A stretch of DNA of 64,000 nt from the human T2T-CHM13v2.0 reference genome, Homo sapiens: assembly GCF_009914755.1 (NCBI RefSeq), contig NC_060929.1, one strand, 5' to 3'. The position numbers were made by a program, and so were the translations under genes. Numbering within the stretch: position 1 is the stretch's first letter; every line of letters begins with the position of its first letter. The notes beneath the pieces are model-generated. The model searched no databases and was not told the DNA's origin. It saw only the letters and a list, made by a program, of their open reading frames with translations. Positions 1-16,208 of the stretch are shown here, piece after piece.

Positions 1-1112
1 TAGGCAGAATGCAAAGCAGAGTAACAAGATTTTACCTACTGCTTACTTTTTCATTTTACATGTGTATTTAATATGTTCAATGCAGCAAGAATTGCTGATA
101 TTATTACTGTGAGATGACGTGTAAAAATAACACTAGGAACAGGTAGTATACATCAAGACCAACACGAATGCATTGATAAAGATGGAAAACACAAGAGAAA
201 AACATTAAATAGTCTTATTACAAGAAAAAAGGATAAGGGTTAAATGATTCAAAATCTAAACAAAAATTAATATACAGATATACTGTCTTCCATTCAGTGC
301 ATGAAAGAATTATCTGGATATAAAAATCAAGTATCCTTACATTCTGGGTTTCTTGGATACAATTTTCTCCTCAAAAATAATTTTTCAACTATTTCAGGAA
401 ATTTTTAAATCTAAAATAACTCTTTTTAATCTGGGCTCCAAGAAGAAAAAAGAAATAAATACTTATAATCAATTGACTGCTCTGCCTTGAAAAAAAAAAC
501 GAATTTTACTTTTAGGTTAGAAATAATGGGGATCATGATGCAATTCATATTCTCGTATTACCCCCAAAATAAGGGTAGATAAAATCATATTCATCATTCT
601 TTGTGATAAGAAATAATACCTTCTCAGAAGGCGAAGAAAAGAATTTCAAGATCGGTAACAATGGAGAAGAGTCAACAAAATATTTGAAAATTCTAGCATT
701 ATAAGATTAAGCTTAATAATCAAAGGACTGTCAATTTTTATATGATTGTCATAAAATATGAAAGTCAAAATTCTTCTTGGTAAAGTCAGGTGTCTGGACA
801 AACTATCACCTTCATTCAGGTTACCCTGGCTTGAGGTAAAGACCTTTTCATCTGAATTTGCATGAAAGGTTTCTGCAGCTTGACAGCATGAGGCTGTTCT
901 CCGGTGTGCACTCCTAGGCACCTGAATACTGTGTGTGATTAACTGAGGCTCATTTTATGATAGTTTAAATCTGCAACATAAATTTAATTCAGCTTTTTTT
1001 TCTCAACAGTTCTGCCTAGTATCCCTGTTTAGGCACAGGCAAAATCTTTATTTTTACAAGGACTAAATCATTATGAATTTGAGAGAAGTAAGTCATCAGG
1101 AACTAGTACATA

Positions 1113-1446
1113 CAGTCATATGTTACTTAATGATAAGTATACATTCTGAGAAATGCATTGTCAGGCAATATTGTCCTTGTCTGAACATCATAGAGTGTAC
1201 TTACACAAACCTAGATGGTATAGGCTCCTACACACCTAGGCTATATAATATAAACTATTGCTCCTAGGCTACAAACCTGTACAGCATGTTACTGTACTGA
1301 ATACCAAAGGCAACTGTAATACAATGGTATTTGTGTATCTAAGCATAGAAAAGATATGCTAAAAATATGGTATTATAATCTTATAGGACCACTGCTGTAT
1401 ATGCAGTCTGTGGTTGATTGGAATGTCATTATGAGCTGCATGACTA
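1113..1446. mobile_element. Tigger3-family (Tigger3a/Golem-like) non-autonomous DNA transposon
   Basis: Ends cagtcatatg... and ...gcatgacta, TA flanks, internal cattctgagaaatgcattgt and ctcctaggctacaaacctgtacagcatgttactgtactgaata motifs. Confidence 0.75.
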
Positions 1447-2528
1447 TATCCTGCCAAATTTTCACTTTAGAGACTATAAGCCTAAAGGAAAGAGAAGATT
1501 CCTCTTACCTGCAATTAAACAATGCTTTTCAAAGTCTCTAGAGTTTGGATTCATAGTTGGTATTTATCAATGGTTGTTTGTATCACAATTTTAACACAAA
1601 GGATCACCCAGTTATCTTTCAGAGTCTAAAATTAAAGTCTTCATATCTTTCTATTGTGATTTTGGTGTATGTATGTATAATTAAGCACAAAATCCCAAAA
1701 GATCTGGAAAGTGCCATAGAGCAAGGTGCTTTCCATAAGGGAATTAGATTAAAAAAAATTTACTTATTCTTTTTTGAACAGTCAGTTACACAATGTAGTT
1801 TTAGCCTGCTGAAGTCAATGGCTAGATAAAGCAAAGTTACTATCAATGATTTGCTCCTGAATAAAAGCCTTATATTCCAGGAACAGAGCAGAGGCTCCCT
1901 GGCCAGTGAGAACCAATACCAGTCAATTCTGCTGGTAGCAAGCAAGATACCTGGATAGAAAAGCAGCATTCCAGAGGCCTCAGGAGTGCTAATAACTCTC
2001 TTCTCCCTTGTGCTCAAAGTCTCCTTCTATGTATTTATTTCTAGTGTCTATAAGAATATGCTCACAAAAAGTCTGAATAAAAACCAGATACCATTTCACA
2101 TTAGTATGTTATTAAAAATTTACCTCTAGTACTCCTGGTGAGAAGTGACAAATTCAAGCAAATGCTTTTGTTATCACTTTTGGGCTTCATCATGTTAAAG
2201 AGAAAAGATGTTGCTAAATATATGACAACCCCGGTCACTTTATTGCTATGGTCTAAATGATTTGGGCTATTTAATGATTTCTGTATCATCTAAGACAAAC
2301 AAATCAAGAACTCCGTTTAAAGCAGTTATTGCAGAAATATACTGTGTGAGGCCCCAGTTAAGCTTTTACTGATTTGAAGTGTTTTTCTCAAATAAAAATT
2401 AAAAAAATACTTTTCACTGAAGGTAACTGAGAAATTGTTTGATTCAACATAAAGACGAAGACACATTTTCTTCTATTTTTTGAGACAGTACACTTTGTGA
2501 TTCACAGGATAACTTGCATCAGACGCAA

Positions 2529-2561
2529 TTTAATGAAAGCTCTCAAATAAGCGATTTTATT
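2529..2561 (-). terminator. Candidate proximal polyadenylation signals (AATAAA, then ATTAAA)
   Basis: Plus-strand tttatt 2556-2561 and tttaat 2529-2534, about 550 nt after the stop, followed on the minus strand by GU/U-rich sequence. Confidence 0.55.
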
Positions 2562-3100
2562 CCTATCCATGATTGCAGACATTTACAAAACCATAACATC
2601 TGAGTTCACCTTAAAAAATAACTTATATAAAGCAGTGATATACACAGCACAAAATAGTTCAGGGAGGGGGCAGGAGCAACTTGTAATAATTAAAATGTAA
2701 ACGTGAAAAAAAGGATGGAATAAAAGTCCCTACTTATTTCTACTTAAGATGTCATGTGATAATATTTTACAATGTCCTGTGGGTCAATGTATGTATGTGT
2801 ATATGTCTGTATAACATACACATATACAGTACATTCTCTTTCCCACACATATACATACACACATAATTATTTGCAGTTCAGTTTAGGGCAATTCTAATAT
2901 GCCACTCCGTACAGTTGTTTGAATCACATTTGGACCCGCTTTCTTCACAAAAGAGGGGAGAGAGCAGGAAATAAAAAGGTTGGTTTGGTGTGACTGAGAT
3001 TCCTTTGTTTAACTGTACACTGTGATGAATAATTTTCTTCCGTAGTAGTTCTGTGAAGGGCTGACTCACTGTGGTTTTCATGAGGAGACTTGGTAATGGA

Positions 3101-3130
3101 TCACACGCTCATTGTCATGCTAGGGGAGTA
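3101..3130 (-). CDS. SSBP2: SSBP2 last coding exon segment, YSPSMTMSV*
   Basis: cttctAG acceptor, then TAC TCC CCT AGC ATG ACA ATG AGC GTG TGA; characteristic SSBP2/3/4 C-terminus. Confidence 0.97.
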   Translation of the reverse strand, partial: YSPSMTMSV

Positions 3131-3792
3131 CTAGAAGGAAAGAAGAATCCATATTTTAACAACAATTCTTTTAGAGATCACTAAGGTTCTTCTTGGTACA
3201 ACAGAAACGATGAATTCTAATTTCTTATCATCTTTTATGTGCAAGCTTTTCATCTCATACAACATAAAATAAGAAACTATAAAAAAAGTAAAATGATACA
3301 GACTTAACTTAGTACTGAAATTTTAAATATTTCCCCTGGAAAGCATCAAGTCCTATCCTCTCCCTGCACCCAGAGGCTCATCATTACCCAGTCCCTCTGC
3401 CTCCCTCCATCCAGACAGATTTATGTTTTGCAGGCACTTGTAAAAACCTTTGGTAAATTTAGTCCAAGGCTGGATCATAACTAAGTAAGTATGAGGTCTA
3501 GTCTTTGCTGTCTACTAGCTTGTAAACTGAGGAGGCTACCTAACCTGTCTTGACTTCAGTTTCCCTATCTGTAAAGGGGCTTGGGGAAGATGAGATATAA
3601 AATCCTTAAACCATGTATTTATTGAATACACAGAAAGTGCTCAGCAAGTGTTAGGTTAATACTGTAGGGAAACAAAACAGAAACAACTCCAAGCTGGCCC
3701 TGGGAAGCTCTCATTAAAGCATTTAAAATACTTAAGAGTCTAATTTATACTTCAGCATTTAAGCATCTTGCCCATAATCTGTGACTCTAATC

Positions 3793-4089
3793 TTTTTTGT
3801 TTGTTTGAAACAGGGTCTCACTCTGTCACTCAGGCTGGAGTGCAGTGGTGTGATCTCAGCTCACTGCAACCCTGACCTTCCTGGGCTCAGGTGATCCCAC
3901 CACCTCAGCCTCCCCAGTAGCTGGGACTACAGGCACACGCCACCATGCATGGCTAATTTTTGTATTTTTTGTAGAGATGGGGTTTCACCATGTTGCCCAG
4001 GCTGGTCTCAAACTCCTGGGCTCAAGCAATCTGCTCACCTTGGCCTCCCGAAGTGCTGAGATTACAGGCGTGAGACCCTGTGCTCGGCC
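3793..4089 (-). mobile_element. Alu (AluJ-like)
   Basis: Dimeric Alu sequence; TSD tgtgactctaa on both sides. Confidence 0.9.
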
Positions 4090-4319
4090 TGTGACTCTAA
4101 CTGTAATCCAGTCATTTTTGCACGTGAGTAGGAACATCATTGTTACATGCGGACTTGTCAGTTTGATGAGGCTGACAAATGATAAAAGGTGAGGGTTTCA
4201 GAGATTTGGAAAAAGTGGTTTCAAAAATGATTTAGAGAGAAATAAAGAGCAACTATTTTGCTAATTGTGCCATTGTACCCTCATATTCTTGGAGAATAGA
4301 CTGTGACAGAAAAGTTCTA

Positions 4320-4530
4320 CAGCAGCACCATGCAAGAGAACTTTCTTCAAAGACATACTTGTTCTGTGGTCTGTGCTGTCCAACTTGGAGGTCACTAGCC
4401 ATATGTGCCTACTGAGCATATGACATGTGATTAGTGCAATCAAGACACTAAATGTTTAATGTTATTTAATTTTAATTTATTCATGTATCCACATGTAGCT
4501 AGTGGTTACCATTTTGAACAGCACAGCTCT
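4320..4530. mobile_element. MER3-like hAT-Charlie MITE
   Basis: gtgctgtccaa / cactagccatatgtg / tttgaacagcacag motifs typical of MER3. Confidence 0.6.
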
Positions 4531-6059
4531 AGACTATCTGAGCTGTGGGGAGAAGCATCTAATCCCACATGGTAATTTACTCTTTGGATGAAGACAGTTT
4601 CTAAATTAAAATGTAAATGTGGACCCTGAAATTTTTTAAACGTTTTATTGGAAACCTATGAGGACCAGGGTAAAAGGCAATTCCTTTCAACATGCTAATA
4701 ACAATTGTGCCTCCTAGAAAAAGGCAGATAAAGTCAAAGGGATTGGTCCCAGGTTCCAGGAACCTAACCAGAAGCTGTGATAATCCTGGGTAGGCGAGCA
4801 CGAACTTTTCAGAAAGTTGGCAGAAAGAGAATAAAATGAAGTGAATTATAGACAAGCTGAGACCGGCTGCAGAAATCAGAAAGACATATAGGTGTGTACT
4901 GATGTATGGATGGATTATAGTGTGAAAGCAGGACTCCCCAGGGAAGAGCACAGAGGGGCAATGGCTCAGCTGGCACATGTCTGGGCCAGATGTCATTAGG
5001 GCTCAAACCAAAAACATGCACTGTTCCTGAGGAAAGGTGGGTGATTAGGCCTGGAAAAGGGTCACTGGACCATAGGAAGAGGATTGTTTAATCCTATAAA
5101 CATGCATTACATCAAGGAAAATCTATTAATACTTGTTAATCACTTCACAGCCTACAGAGTTTCAGTACAGGAAAGTGAAATTACATACTTGAACTGATCC
5201 TGTATGTAGGATTATAGTGAGTATATGGTGATAAGAAGGGGAGACTTTTAGACAGGTCATAGGAGAAAAAAAAATAGAGGGAAACTGCCAGAAACAAGAA
5301 AGGAGATTCAGTTTAGACAACCTCTCCCCTTGATCATAGCAGCAGAAAAGCAAAGCAAAGCAAAACCTCCAGTCATAGACAAATGCTGATGACATGGAAC
5401 TGATCCCTGACCCTGTGTCAGAGGGGAACAGAGTACCATTTCATCACATCACATTTCAACCCACCATTTCATCATCACAAACATGATACCATTTAATATG
5501 TTTACTCAATTGATTCCATGCACATAATGTGATTCCACGTCTCACATTATAAACAATGACAGCATGCTTCAACTATCCAGAGCCTGCGGCTAAACAGAAC
5601 TATACTTTGGTATTTAAAAGTTTAGAGGCAAGAATAAATAAAAAGAAAATAAGTGGTTAGCAAGATTTTACTAGAGTAGAAAAAATCAGAGAATATGGCA
5701 AAATGGGCACAGATAAATTTAATCTATGCTTTCCGCAGCTACTGTTATTTACAATAAATATTGGTGATTCCATCAGTCCAATATAACTTTCTGTGATGAT
5801 GATGTTATAATTCTGTGCTGTTTACTGCAACAGCCACTAGCCAGAGGTTGCTACTGAGTTCATGAAATGTAGCTAGTACAATTTAGGAACTGAAATTTTA
5901 GTCGTATGTAATTTTAATTAATAGGGCAGCTAGATAATCAATCATTCTTTTAAAACAAAGATCTTATTGAGTATACTGTGTCAATAATATAAACCAGTAA
6001 AAGATACTAAGCATTTCAGAAAGGACCTCAAAGGAAATGCTTTTTAAAAATGTTTCTGG

Positions 6060-6364
<305 letters not shown>

Positions 6365-6740
6365 TCATTCATATGTCAGGTTATGTTAGGAAATAGTGTT
6401 GAAAATATAGAATAGCCTTCATTATACTATACGTTGTTAAGAGTATGTATATATGTCAAGCTATACATACGCATATACTCTATTATCAACCATTTTTATT
6501 TATTGCTATCATCTCAACACTGGCAACTGTTAACATTTTTTTATCTGTGATATTTCAAATGTTTTAAGTCAATCTTACAGAAAAATGATACTTTGTTACT
6601 GATTTGTTGGGAAGTTAAAAGAGTGAGGTTGGCCCAGGGAGGAAACTGAGTGAAAAAATAGAGAAAATGAGGGCCCAATTCAGTCAAAATGGAAGCATCA
6701 GCTCCACGCAATACAAAACAACTCAGAAAAAAGAGCAACT

Positions 6741-7137
<397 letters not shown>

Positions 7138-10100
7138 TTAGTACAGTAAAATAGTTTGTATTTATGCCTGGGTGTCTACATATGCAACGTGCTATTTACA
7201 CTCCTGAGGCTGTAAAATGCTCATGTTTGGCCACCATTACTGAAACTACTTCAAAAAATGAAATAAGGGGAAATAACAAAATTTCTAGGAAAACTCACAG
7301 AATGGGCAAGCAAAAAGGAATTTTGCTATAGATTACTATTCTTCAAAGTAGTAGAGAAGTGGCTTACAATTTTCCAGAAGTAAAGGAAGAGTAGGTGTTA
7401 AATGGAGTATCATATTTAGAGACATAAAATATTCATGGTGTACTGTACTGAGACCACACTTCAATGTTTCTATTGTACTGCTGCATCAATATGTGATGAC
7501 ATATTGTAATGTTTATGCCAAAATGCTGTGATATCAGGTTGCCCTGTTTCAAAACTATTCTGAGTCTGGCTCTCCCTAACCAGATGATAAAACAGCTCTT
7601 ACAAAGCAGTCAACAGCATTACAGTTTGGTTCAGTTAAAAATGTAACCCTTAAAGATATTATTTTAAATGTATACCAACTTATTTTATCTTTTAATGTGA
7701 AATGAGATAGCACGCCTTGCTATGAACTTGTGATTTTTTCCTTATTATGCCCAGTTCATGTACCATAAAATCCAGAGATTTCCATGAAGTCTTTGAACAA
7801 TGTGTATAAATTTCTGTTTATACATGTCAAGAACACTTTAATTCTCACTATATTTCTGTTTAAGTGTCTGTATGATACTTTATTTTCTTAGAGAGAAATA
7901 AAGAACAGTTCCTCTACCCTGAGCTAAACAAAAGTGACATAAATTGAAATAAATTTAGTATTTATGATTACATTAAAAAATTGGGGCTGATGTGATTTCT
8001 TTACAATAGCAGAAAATGACAAAGGGGGTAAGGGAATGAGAGATAATCTACCATCTTGTTTGTAATTCCTATTTGATGCCATTATTTTAATATCATGTTT
8101 ACTCAATTGATTATATTTCAGTGCCATGGGAAAATATTTTGCTAAATTAATTCAGGAAATAAGACCAGACCAGCTACTTTCTTCACTTGAGAAGCATGAA
8201 AAACTATTTTTTTTGAACTAAGGCTTTTTGTAGTCTATACTTTCCAAAACAAACATTTTACAGTTTGAACACTAGGGGGCATCTTTGTTTCTTGAAATAA
8301 AGGGTCTTGGTTGTGATCTTAAAAAAAAAAAACCTCAGCAGTGAAACATTTTTTGATTCGCATTTTGTTTTGTCAAGCATGTTGGCACCGCAAGGTTTAT
8401 GACTTTGGGCTGGGCATTTTTGTTTCTATATTAATTGAATGAAGCAGCATGTGTGAGTGTGAAGAGACTAGGATAGTATCTAGTACATAAAGAGTACTCA
8501 ATAGATACTTGCTCCCTTCCCAGGCCTCCTTCTGTGATTTAACTTCAAGATAAAACCTGACAGATCCTTAAAAGGCAGACTGCTCAAAAATATGTGCTTT
8601 CAGAGTTATGTGTATTAAACACTAGAACTTGCATGTTCATTTATTGAACAATGTTTTCTTTTTGAATTCATTAAGAGTTCTGCTTTTCCTTGATTATAGC
8701 AAAGCTAACTTATTGGGGATAACTAGCTTATTTACTTCTTCAAAGCCTTACATTTGTCAGCACCAAATCTCTTTTGTCTTTCTTCCTCTCTCCTCTTATT
8801 GCTTGATTTTATAAAAAGATCTAAACAAAAATGTATAGTAATATGACAAAGAAAGCCACACATAACAATGATATCATTCATAACAAGTCCCTTCTTCTCA
8901 GGAGACAGAAGAATGGAGAAGCCAGTGTGTACCTGCTTCCAAGGCTGTACTACCCTCCAGGGTGGTGGTGCAGTTTCTCAGTCCACCATCAAATTATTTT
9001 TCCTTTTACAACATTTCTGGTGGGGACAGGAGACAAGGAGGGAAGAGAAAGCAGGGAACTTCTGTTTGCTGTTAACTCTGCTGGCAGTCTAGCATTGAAC
9101 CCGCTTAAGTTCAGGGGCAGGGAGGGTGAGCCAGAAGTTAGGGGTGGAAGAAGCCTTGTTCCAGCTGCTCTCGTTTCTAAATGCACATATTCACAGAAGA
9201 ATCTGTTGTTTGCCATGTGCATAGTCCATTAGGGATTGAAGGGAGAAGCTGGGGCTTATTCTGTGCAAGGAAGTTCTCCACATCCTGGCATATCTGAATC
9301 TTTGCCCCAGTGAAGAGCTTTCTGATGCCAGTTCTGAATTGGTACCCCTCTTCCAACTGTTAAGACAGCAGTCACTAATGACAAATCTGGGAAGGAAGTA
9401 GAGGGAAGAGTTCCTCTTGTCACTGCCCATAAGTGAAAGTCATGTGGAAGCTTTTTAAAAAAGTTTTTTTCCAACTCCAAATTAATCATTTCCTCTGACT
9501 TTTAAAATACATGGCTTATATATACATTACAGCACTCATTAATCTGACACGTTTTAGTTATATCAACATCTGTTTTTCCTATTGGGTTGCACTCTTTGAA
9601 AGTAGGTGTTATATTTATTTCAGAATACCTTGGTCTTAACCTGATGCTTTGCATATAATAGGCTCAATAAATGTTAAACTGAATTGAATTATCAAATACC
9701 TCACTGAATTATACCACTTTATTGCTGGTAAAATTACTCGAAAAGGAAATAAATGTCTTTAATTAGATAAAAGTGAACATAGAAAAATTAATTTGTCCAT
9801 AGTTTTGAAGCAAACCACTCAAAGAACCAGGATCTAAAAAATAATTCCCATAATCTTAAGCATTATGACTTAAATTATGTAGCTTCTCATGTTTTTCCTT
9901 AACACTGACAGGCTAAATTTTTTTTTCAACTGTAAACTGTTACACATAAAAAATTATTTGTCCTCACTAATCATATATTGCCTGCAAGTAAACTACAGAT
10001 CAGCATAATTTTAACAGAAACGAACTCTAAAAACAGGGGATGTCTTGTCCCCTGCAAAGGTCCCATGTGGATATCAGAACTACAAGAATCCACAGAGCAC

Positions 10101-11181
10101 TCAATCTTGTATTCTGTTTTGGGAATGGAACAGCCACTCTGTATAAAGGTAGACGTGCTATTAGCCAGTGCTTCAAATTCTGATGGTATCACCTCTGGTA
10201 AATGCTGAGTTGGGCAAAATGAGGGTAGTCTCTCTCATGATTCTGACTGCAGTTTGGTAGGTCCTCCGTAAGAAATTTTAAGGATGCTATGAATCCTGTG
10301 AAGATGAAATTCATTTGGGTTTTGAAATCTTTTATGCTACATTCCAGTTCAGTGGTTCTTAGCAGAGAATGTACACCAGCATCAGCAACAAAGCTTTTCC
10401 ACATTCAAGTATGCCCAGCTCCACTCCTGGAAATTCTGATTCACTAAGTCTAGGGAGAGTTCTGGGAAACTGTATTTTAAAAAATTCCATTGGGGTTTCT
10501 AATGTGAAATATTAATGTAAAAAATCATTATATTACATAGAACTCCTTGAGAAAAGGCACCATTTTGTCTTTTTGGTCTCTCCAATACCTAGCATATTGC
10601 CTTGGCATGTGGTAAGTGCTCAGTAATTGCTTGTTAAATGAATGAATTTTATTGCTTCTCTTTTTGGTTCTGTCTACTTCTATGGAGATATGGAATGAAC
10701 TTTTGTGTAACAGTACAATCACACGCAAGCAGTGACTTGGGTATTCAGCTCAGGTTAACAGACCGCCAATTTGGCCTTCAGTCCAGTGAGGTCTACTATA
10801 TAAAGTAAGAACAGACTTTTTAGATTTTGAGGACAGCACTGAAACACACCTAGTTTTGCAGCAACCTGAGACATTTTAGTAGCATGAAAACTTATAAAAA
10901 GTATCAAATAGGCAACCTGTTTCCAGTTTGTTCCTTTACAGTGGAGGTTCTCAATGAGAAAACTATTATTATGGTTTTTCTAACTATGTACACAGAATAA
11001 AAAAGAAAAAGTTTGTTTTAAAAATTATTTTCAAAGATATTCCACTTAAAGTTTCTCTTATCTAAAAGATAAACCTGTTGAACTCTAGATAAACAGCAGT
11101 AAAAGTGGCTTTATGCATTTATTCTAGCAGAAGAGCTTCAGAAATAAAATTTGAGTATAATATAGTCAAGGGAATACTTAC

Positions 11182-11280
11182 ACTCTCACTCTGAAAAGGA
11201 TTTAAGAAATTTCCCCCCATTTCGCCATCATCCCTTGGAGTGCCCGGTTGATTACTCAGGCTCATATTATTGGGAGAATT
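11182..11280 (-). CDS. SSBP2: SSBP2 coding exon (~exon 16), [33 protein letters not shown]
   Basis: 99 nt, ttacAG / GTaagt boundaries; peptide seen in ORF 11119..11304; phase 0->0. Confidence 0.97.
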
Positions 11281-14167
11281 CTGTAAACAAGATTTAGAAA
11301 ACAAGGCATTGTTGAAAATTTTAATTTCCCTCTTGCACTGTACTGTTTCGAATATTGAAACAGCATCCCTAAGGACAAAGCATACTTCTAATTTTAATCT
11401 TAGACTTCTACCATGTATTCTATTTCATTCTTTGCACTTTGACAAGTACTAATGCCTTCCCAAATGAAAATTTAAAAAAAAATAAAAAAACCCCCAATAA
11501 CCTACCACAACTATTTTCTTAGCTTCAGAATCAATATTTATTCAATTTCCCACCCTCAGCTTATAGAGTTCCTAAAACACTGGAGAGTTTAAAACATTCC
11601 CAGCAGGGGCATGATGAAGAGATCCTACCCACTGATAAGGCAAGATGGAACAATAACTCCCTTAGTCATTTCACTAACCAAACTTTGAAAGGTCACTGTT
11701 TTAATAAACATTTCCTTTTAATTCTACATGCAGTATACAGATAACACTATTTCAACCATTTTTACATGAACTTTAAGGAAAAAAGAAAGATAGCTAACAA
11801 CTGTACTTAAGAACAAGAGACACCTTAGGACTTGAGAATTTATTATGTACTCTTAGAGGAAAAGGAGGCTCAAAAGAAAACTGCTTTAGAATATTTTCCT
11901 ATCATTAGTTTAAGAGTAGATTTACTTTGGAACTTTCCTTGGAAGATAAAATGACTGTTATTAGCAATCTAATCGAACACCAAGTTAGCAGTGCGTTGCT
12001 TCATATTCTATTTAAATTTGCTAGTCTCATTATTACCGCACAATTTTAGCCATGGCAGGATACCTGATACTCCACATCAATAGGAAATGTAGAATGACAT
12101 TGGACTATAAACCATGTTTATACAGTAGTATAACTGTAATTCTTTGAAGGTCCAATTCATTAACTTGTAAAAAAAAACTTCAGAGTTAAACATTTTTTAG
12201 TTGTTATTTCAAATGGAAGAAATAACTTACTTACTTACTGGCTTACTTTTTCCTAAGCCATTCCTATTTACATTGTTTTGGAATTAGTTTTTAGATTTTT
12301 TTTTAAAGAAAATTGCTCAGAGAATTTTGTCTTAACTACAACAACTTGTATCATAAAAATTAACATTTCATGAATGAGTTATTCCCAGAAGAAAATGGTT
12401 AAAATGTAAAGCAGAGATAGATAGATGAGCTGGTAGAAATACACTGTGTCTTGTCTTGCTGTGCACCCCGCAGGGAGGATCTGAGAACAAGGATCCTCTG
12501 AAGTCCATTGGAGCTCTCTGTGTCAAGAAACCCCAAGGACTTGGGAAATATACTTTAATAGCATAAAGAGGATTCTATTTTTTTTGACAAATTTTTCTCT
12601 GAAAAATGTTAGTTATCCAAGTATATAGAAAAGCAACTATACTTTGAAATGAATCTGAATATCTTGATTTCCTGGGAAAAAAATTAAGTAAAATTTAACT
12701 AACTGCATTATTTTAGAATTCATTAATTATTAAAGTTATTAGGTTAAATAAACTGTACCTTGAAAACAGGAATGATAATGCTGACTTAGCTCAAAAAGGA
12801 AAATGAATTTATAAAAAATATTGTAAGATTTACTTATAATTTATAAATTCTTTTGGATTTCTGTCACTTTATATATAATGGAGAAATTGGTAATACTAGA
12901 ATAAAATACAATCTAATATATACACACATATATAAGAAAATTCAAGGATGCAGTTGGAAGCTGCATATTTCACACAGTCAAACAAAAGAGTAAAATGAAC
13001 CCTCTTATTCTTGTGTAACATTCATACCCCCTGTGGTATATAAGGTACCATGAGAGAAGCAGCGTATCTCAGACTCAGTTAGGGTGCTTTAAATCTTTGC
13101 TGCACATTTGCCATATATCATTTCTTGATTTATAATTCTGAAAGTCTGGCTAACTTCAAACCTGATTCCTAACTCAAAATATTGATTTTTAAATACTTAC
13201 AATTTGAAAGTAACATTGCATTGCTAATGTTTAAATACACACAAAATACTTCCAGTGTTATTATTTCTGTTTTACATGCAACCTCTTCATAGCATGGTGG
13301 CTCAGCATTATACTCTTCTGTGTGTGTGTGTATGTGTGGTGGGGACGGGTATTTAAGGACACTAACAGGAAGATTGAAAGGATACATTCAACATACAAAA
13401 CTGAGATAAAATCAGATCTCTGAAACCTATTCCTATTCAGCCTACTGGACCGTATTTGAAAAGCCTGAAGTGATAGGACAATTGGGTTTTTTTGGTTTGT
13501 TTTTAACTAGAGTAATCTCTGCAAAATTGGAAAACAACAGAAGCTCCTCAATGGGAAATCTTAAGAAAATTGTGCTGTCCGTAATCGCTGAGTGACATGA
13601 TGATATGGGCTAAAGGGCATATTCAATATTGGCATCTGAGGGACAGCTAAGATAGCGGTACCAAAAACCATCCCAGAACAGGTAATGAGGGTAGGTGGTA
13701 ATGAATTGTGTGTATGCTTCATTTAACTGTAGCTGTATTTGTGTATTATGTCCAGTAGGTTTCATCAATAAGGCAAGAATATGATGTATAAAAAGGACTT
13801 AGGTTGGTCAAAAAGGCACTCTACTTGCTTCAGCACAAAAGAGTACAAGATTACTTTTAGATACATTAGGCCCATCGGTTACAGTTATTTCAATGAATAT
13901 GTACTTTATTCCCTACTTTAAGAGTTTTGCTTGAAAAAATATGGTTAGGATTATACTGATACCAACTTCAAGAAATTTTATTACATTCTCACTTATCATT
14001 TCTTCAAGTTGGAAATTCTCTTAAGCTATGATGTCACACATGAATATTTATATACATATATATATACACACACACATATATGCACACACACATAATACAC
14101 CACAAACACAATTTCCTCTGGCTGCCATGTTTAACCCTGTTGGACTTCCTGGTCTGATTTCTTCTAG

Positions 14168-14481
<314 letters not shown>

Positions 14482-15061
14482 TCATATCTTCTCTTAATTA
14501 GTAAGTTATTATCCCTTCTCCCATCCTCAAAAATTGTTTCAAACCTTTTAAAACTTTTTAAAATTTTAAATTTTTCCATTTTCAAATTAAAAAAGTGAAC
14601 ATTTATAGAAACTGTGGCTCTGCCTGTAATTAGAATAAAATAATAATGACATTATTCTAAGTAGTGGATTTTGAATTGCTTTCTCACAGGCTGCCAATAG
14701 TGAGTTTTCTAGAGTGTTGTTTTGACTCTGCTAGCTCCCTCAAAGAACAAACTGTCAGTCATTCTCCCAGTGGGCACAAATGAGCTAGAACTCAGGTCAG
14801 CACACATGAGATGATGGTGTAGATCTCTAGTCATCTACCAGCTCCCTTGTGAATGGTGTAGGATCTCTAACTGGAGCCAAAATTCTTGGGGTCAGAATGC
14901 TTCAGGTTGAAAATACTTTCTTGGTAATTTATTAAACATGATATGATCAGAGCTTGTCTTCTCACATACATGTGTTTTTCAAACTCAGAAATATAAATGT
15001 GAGATATGTTAATACGAACTGCAGAATTTCCTTAGCTGCTTTTCTTCTAAGAAAACAAACC

Positions 15062-16208
<1,147 letters not shown>

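Larger units (their letters stand above)
1..3100 (-). other. SSBP2: SSBP2 3' UTR / downstream region (true 3' end not determinable here)
   Basis: Follows the TGA at 3101-3103; AU-rich; minus-strand AATAAA at 2556-2561 and ATTAAA at 2529-2534; longer UTR isoforms may run beyond the window start. Confidence 0.6.

Noticed and set aside
4601-5021. 131-aa and 70-aa minus-strand ORFs
   Set aside because: No homology that I recognise; the region looks like a decayed LTR-type repeat
8831-9489. Cluster of ORFs up to 133 aa in the last intron
   Set aside because: No recognisable protein similarity or exon structure; probably an old repeat or chance
13571-13592. REST/RE1-like motif (minus strand CTCAGCGATTACGGACAGCACA)
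   Set aside because: Right half matches, but the left half and spacing deviate from TTCAGCACCnnGGACAG
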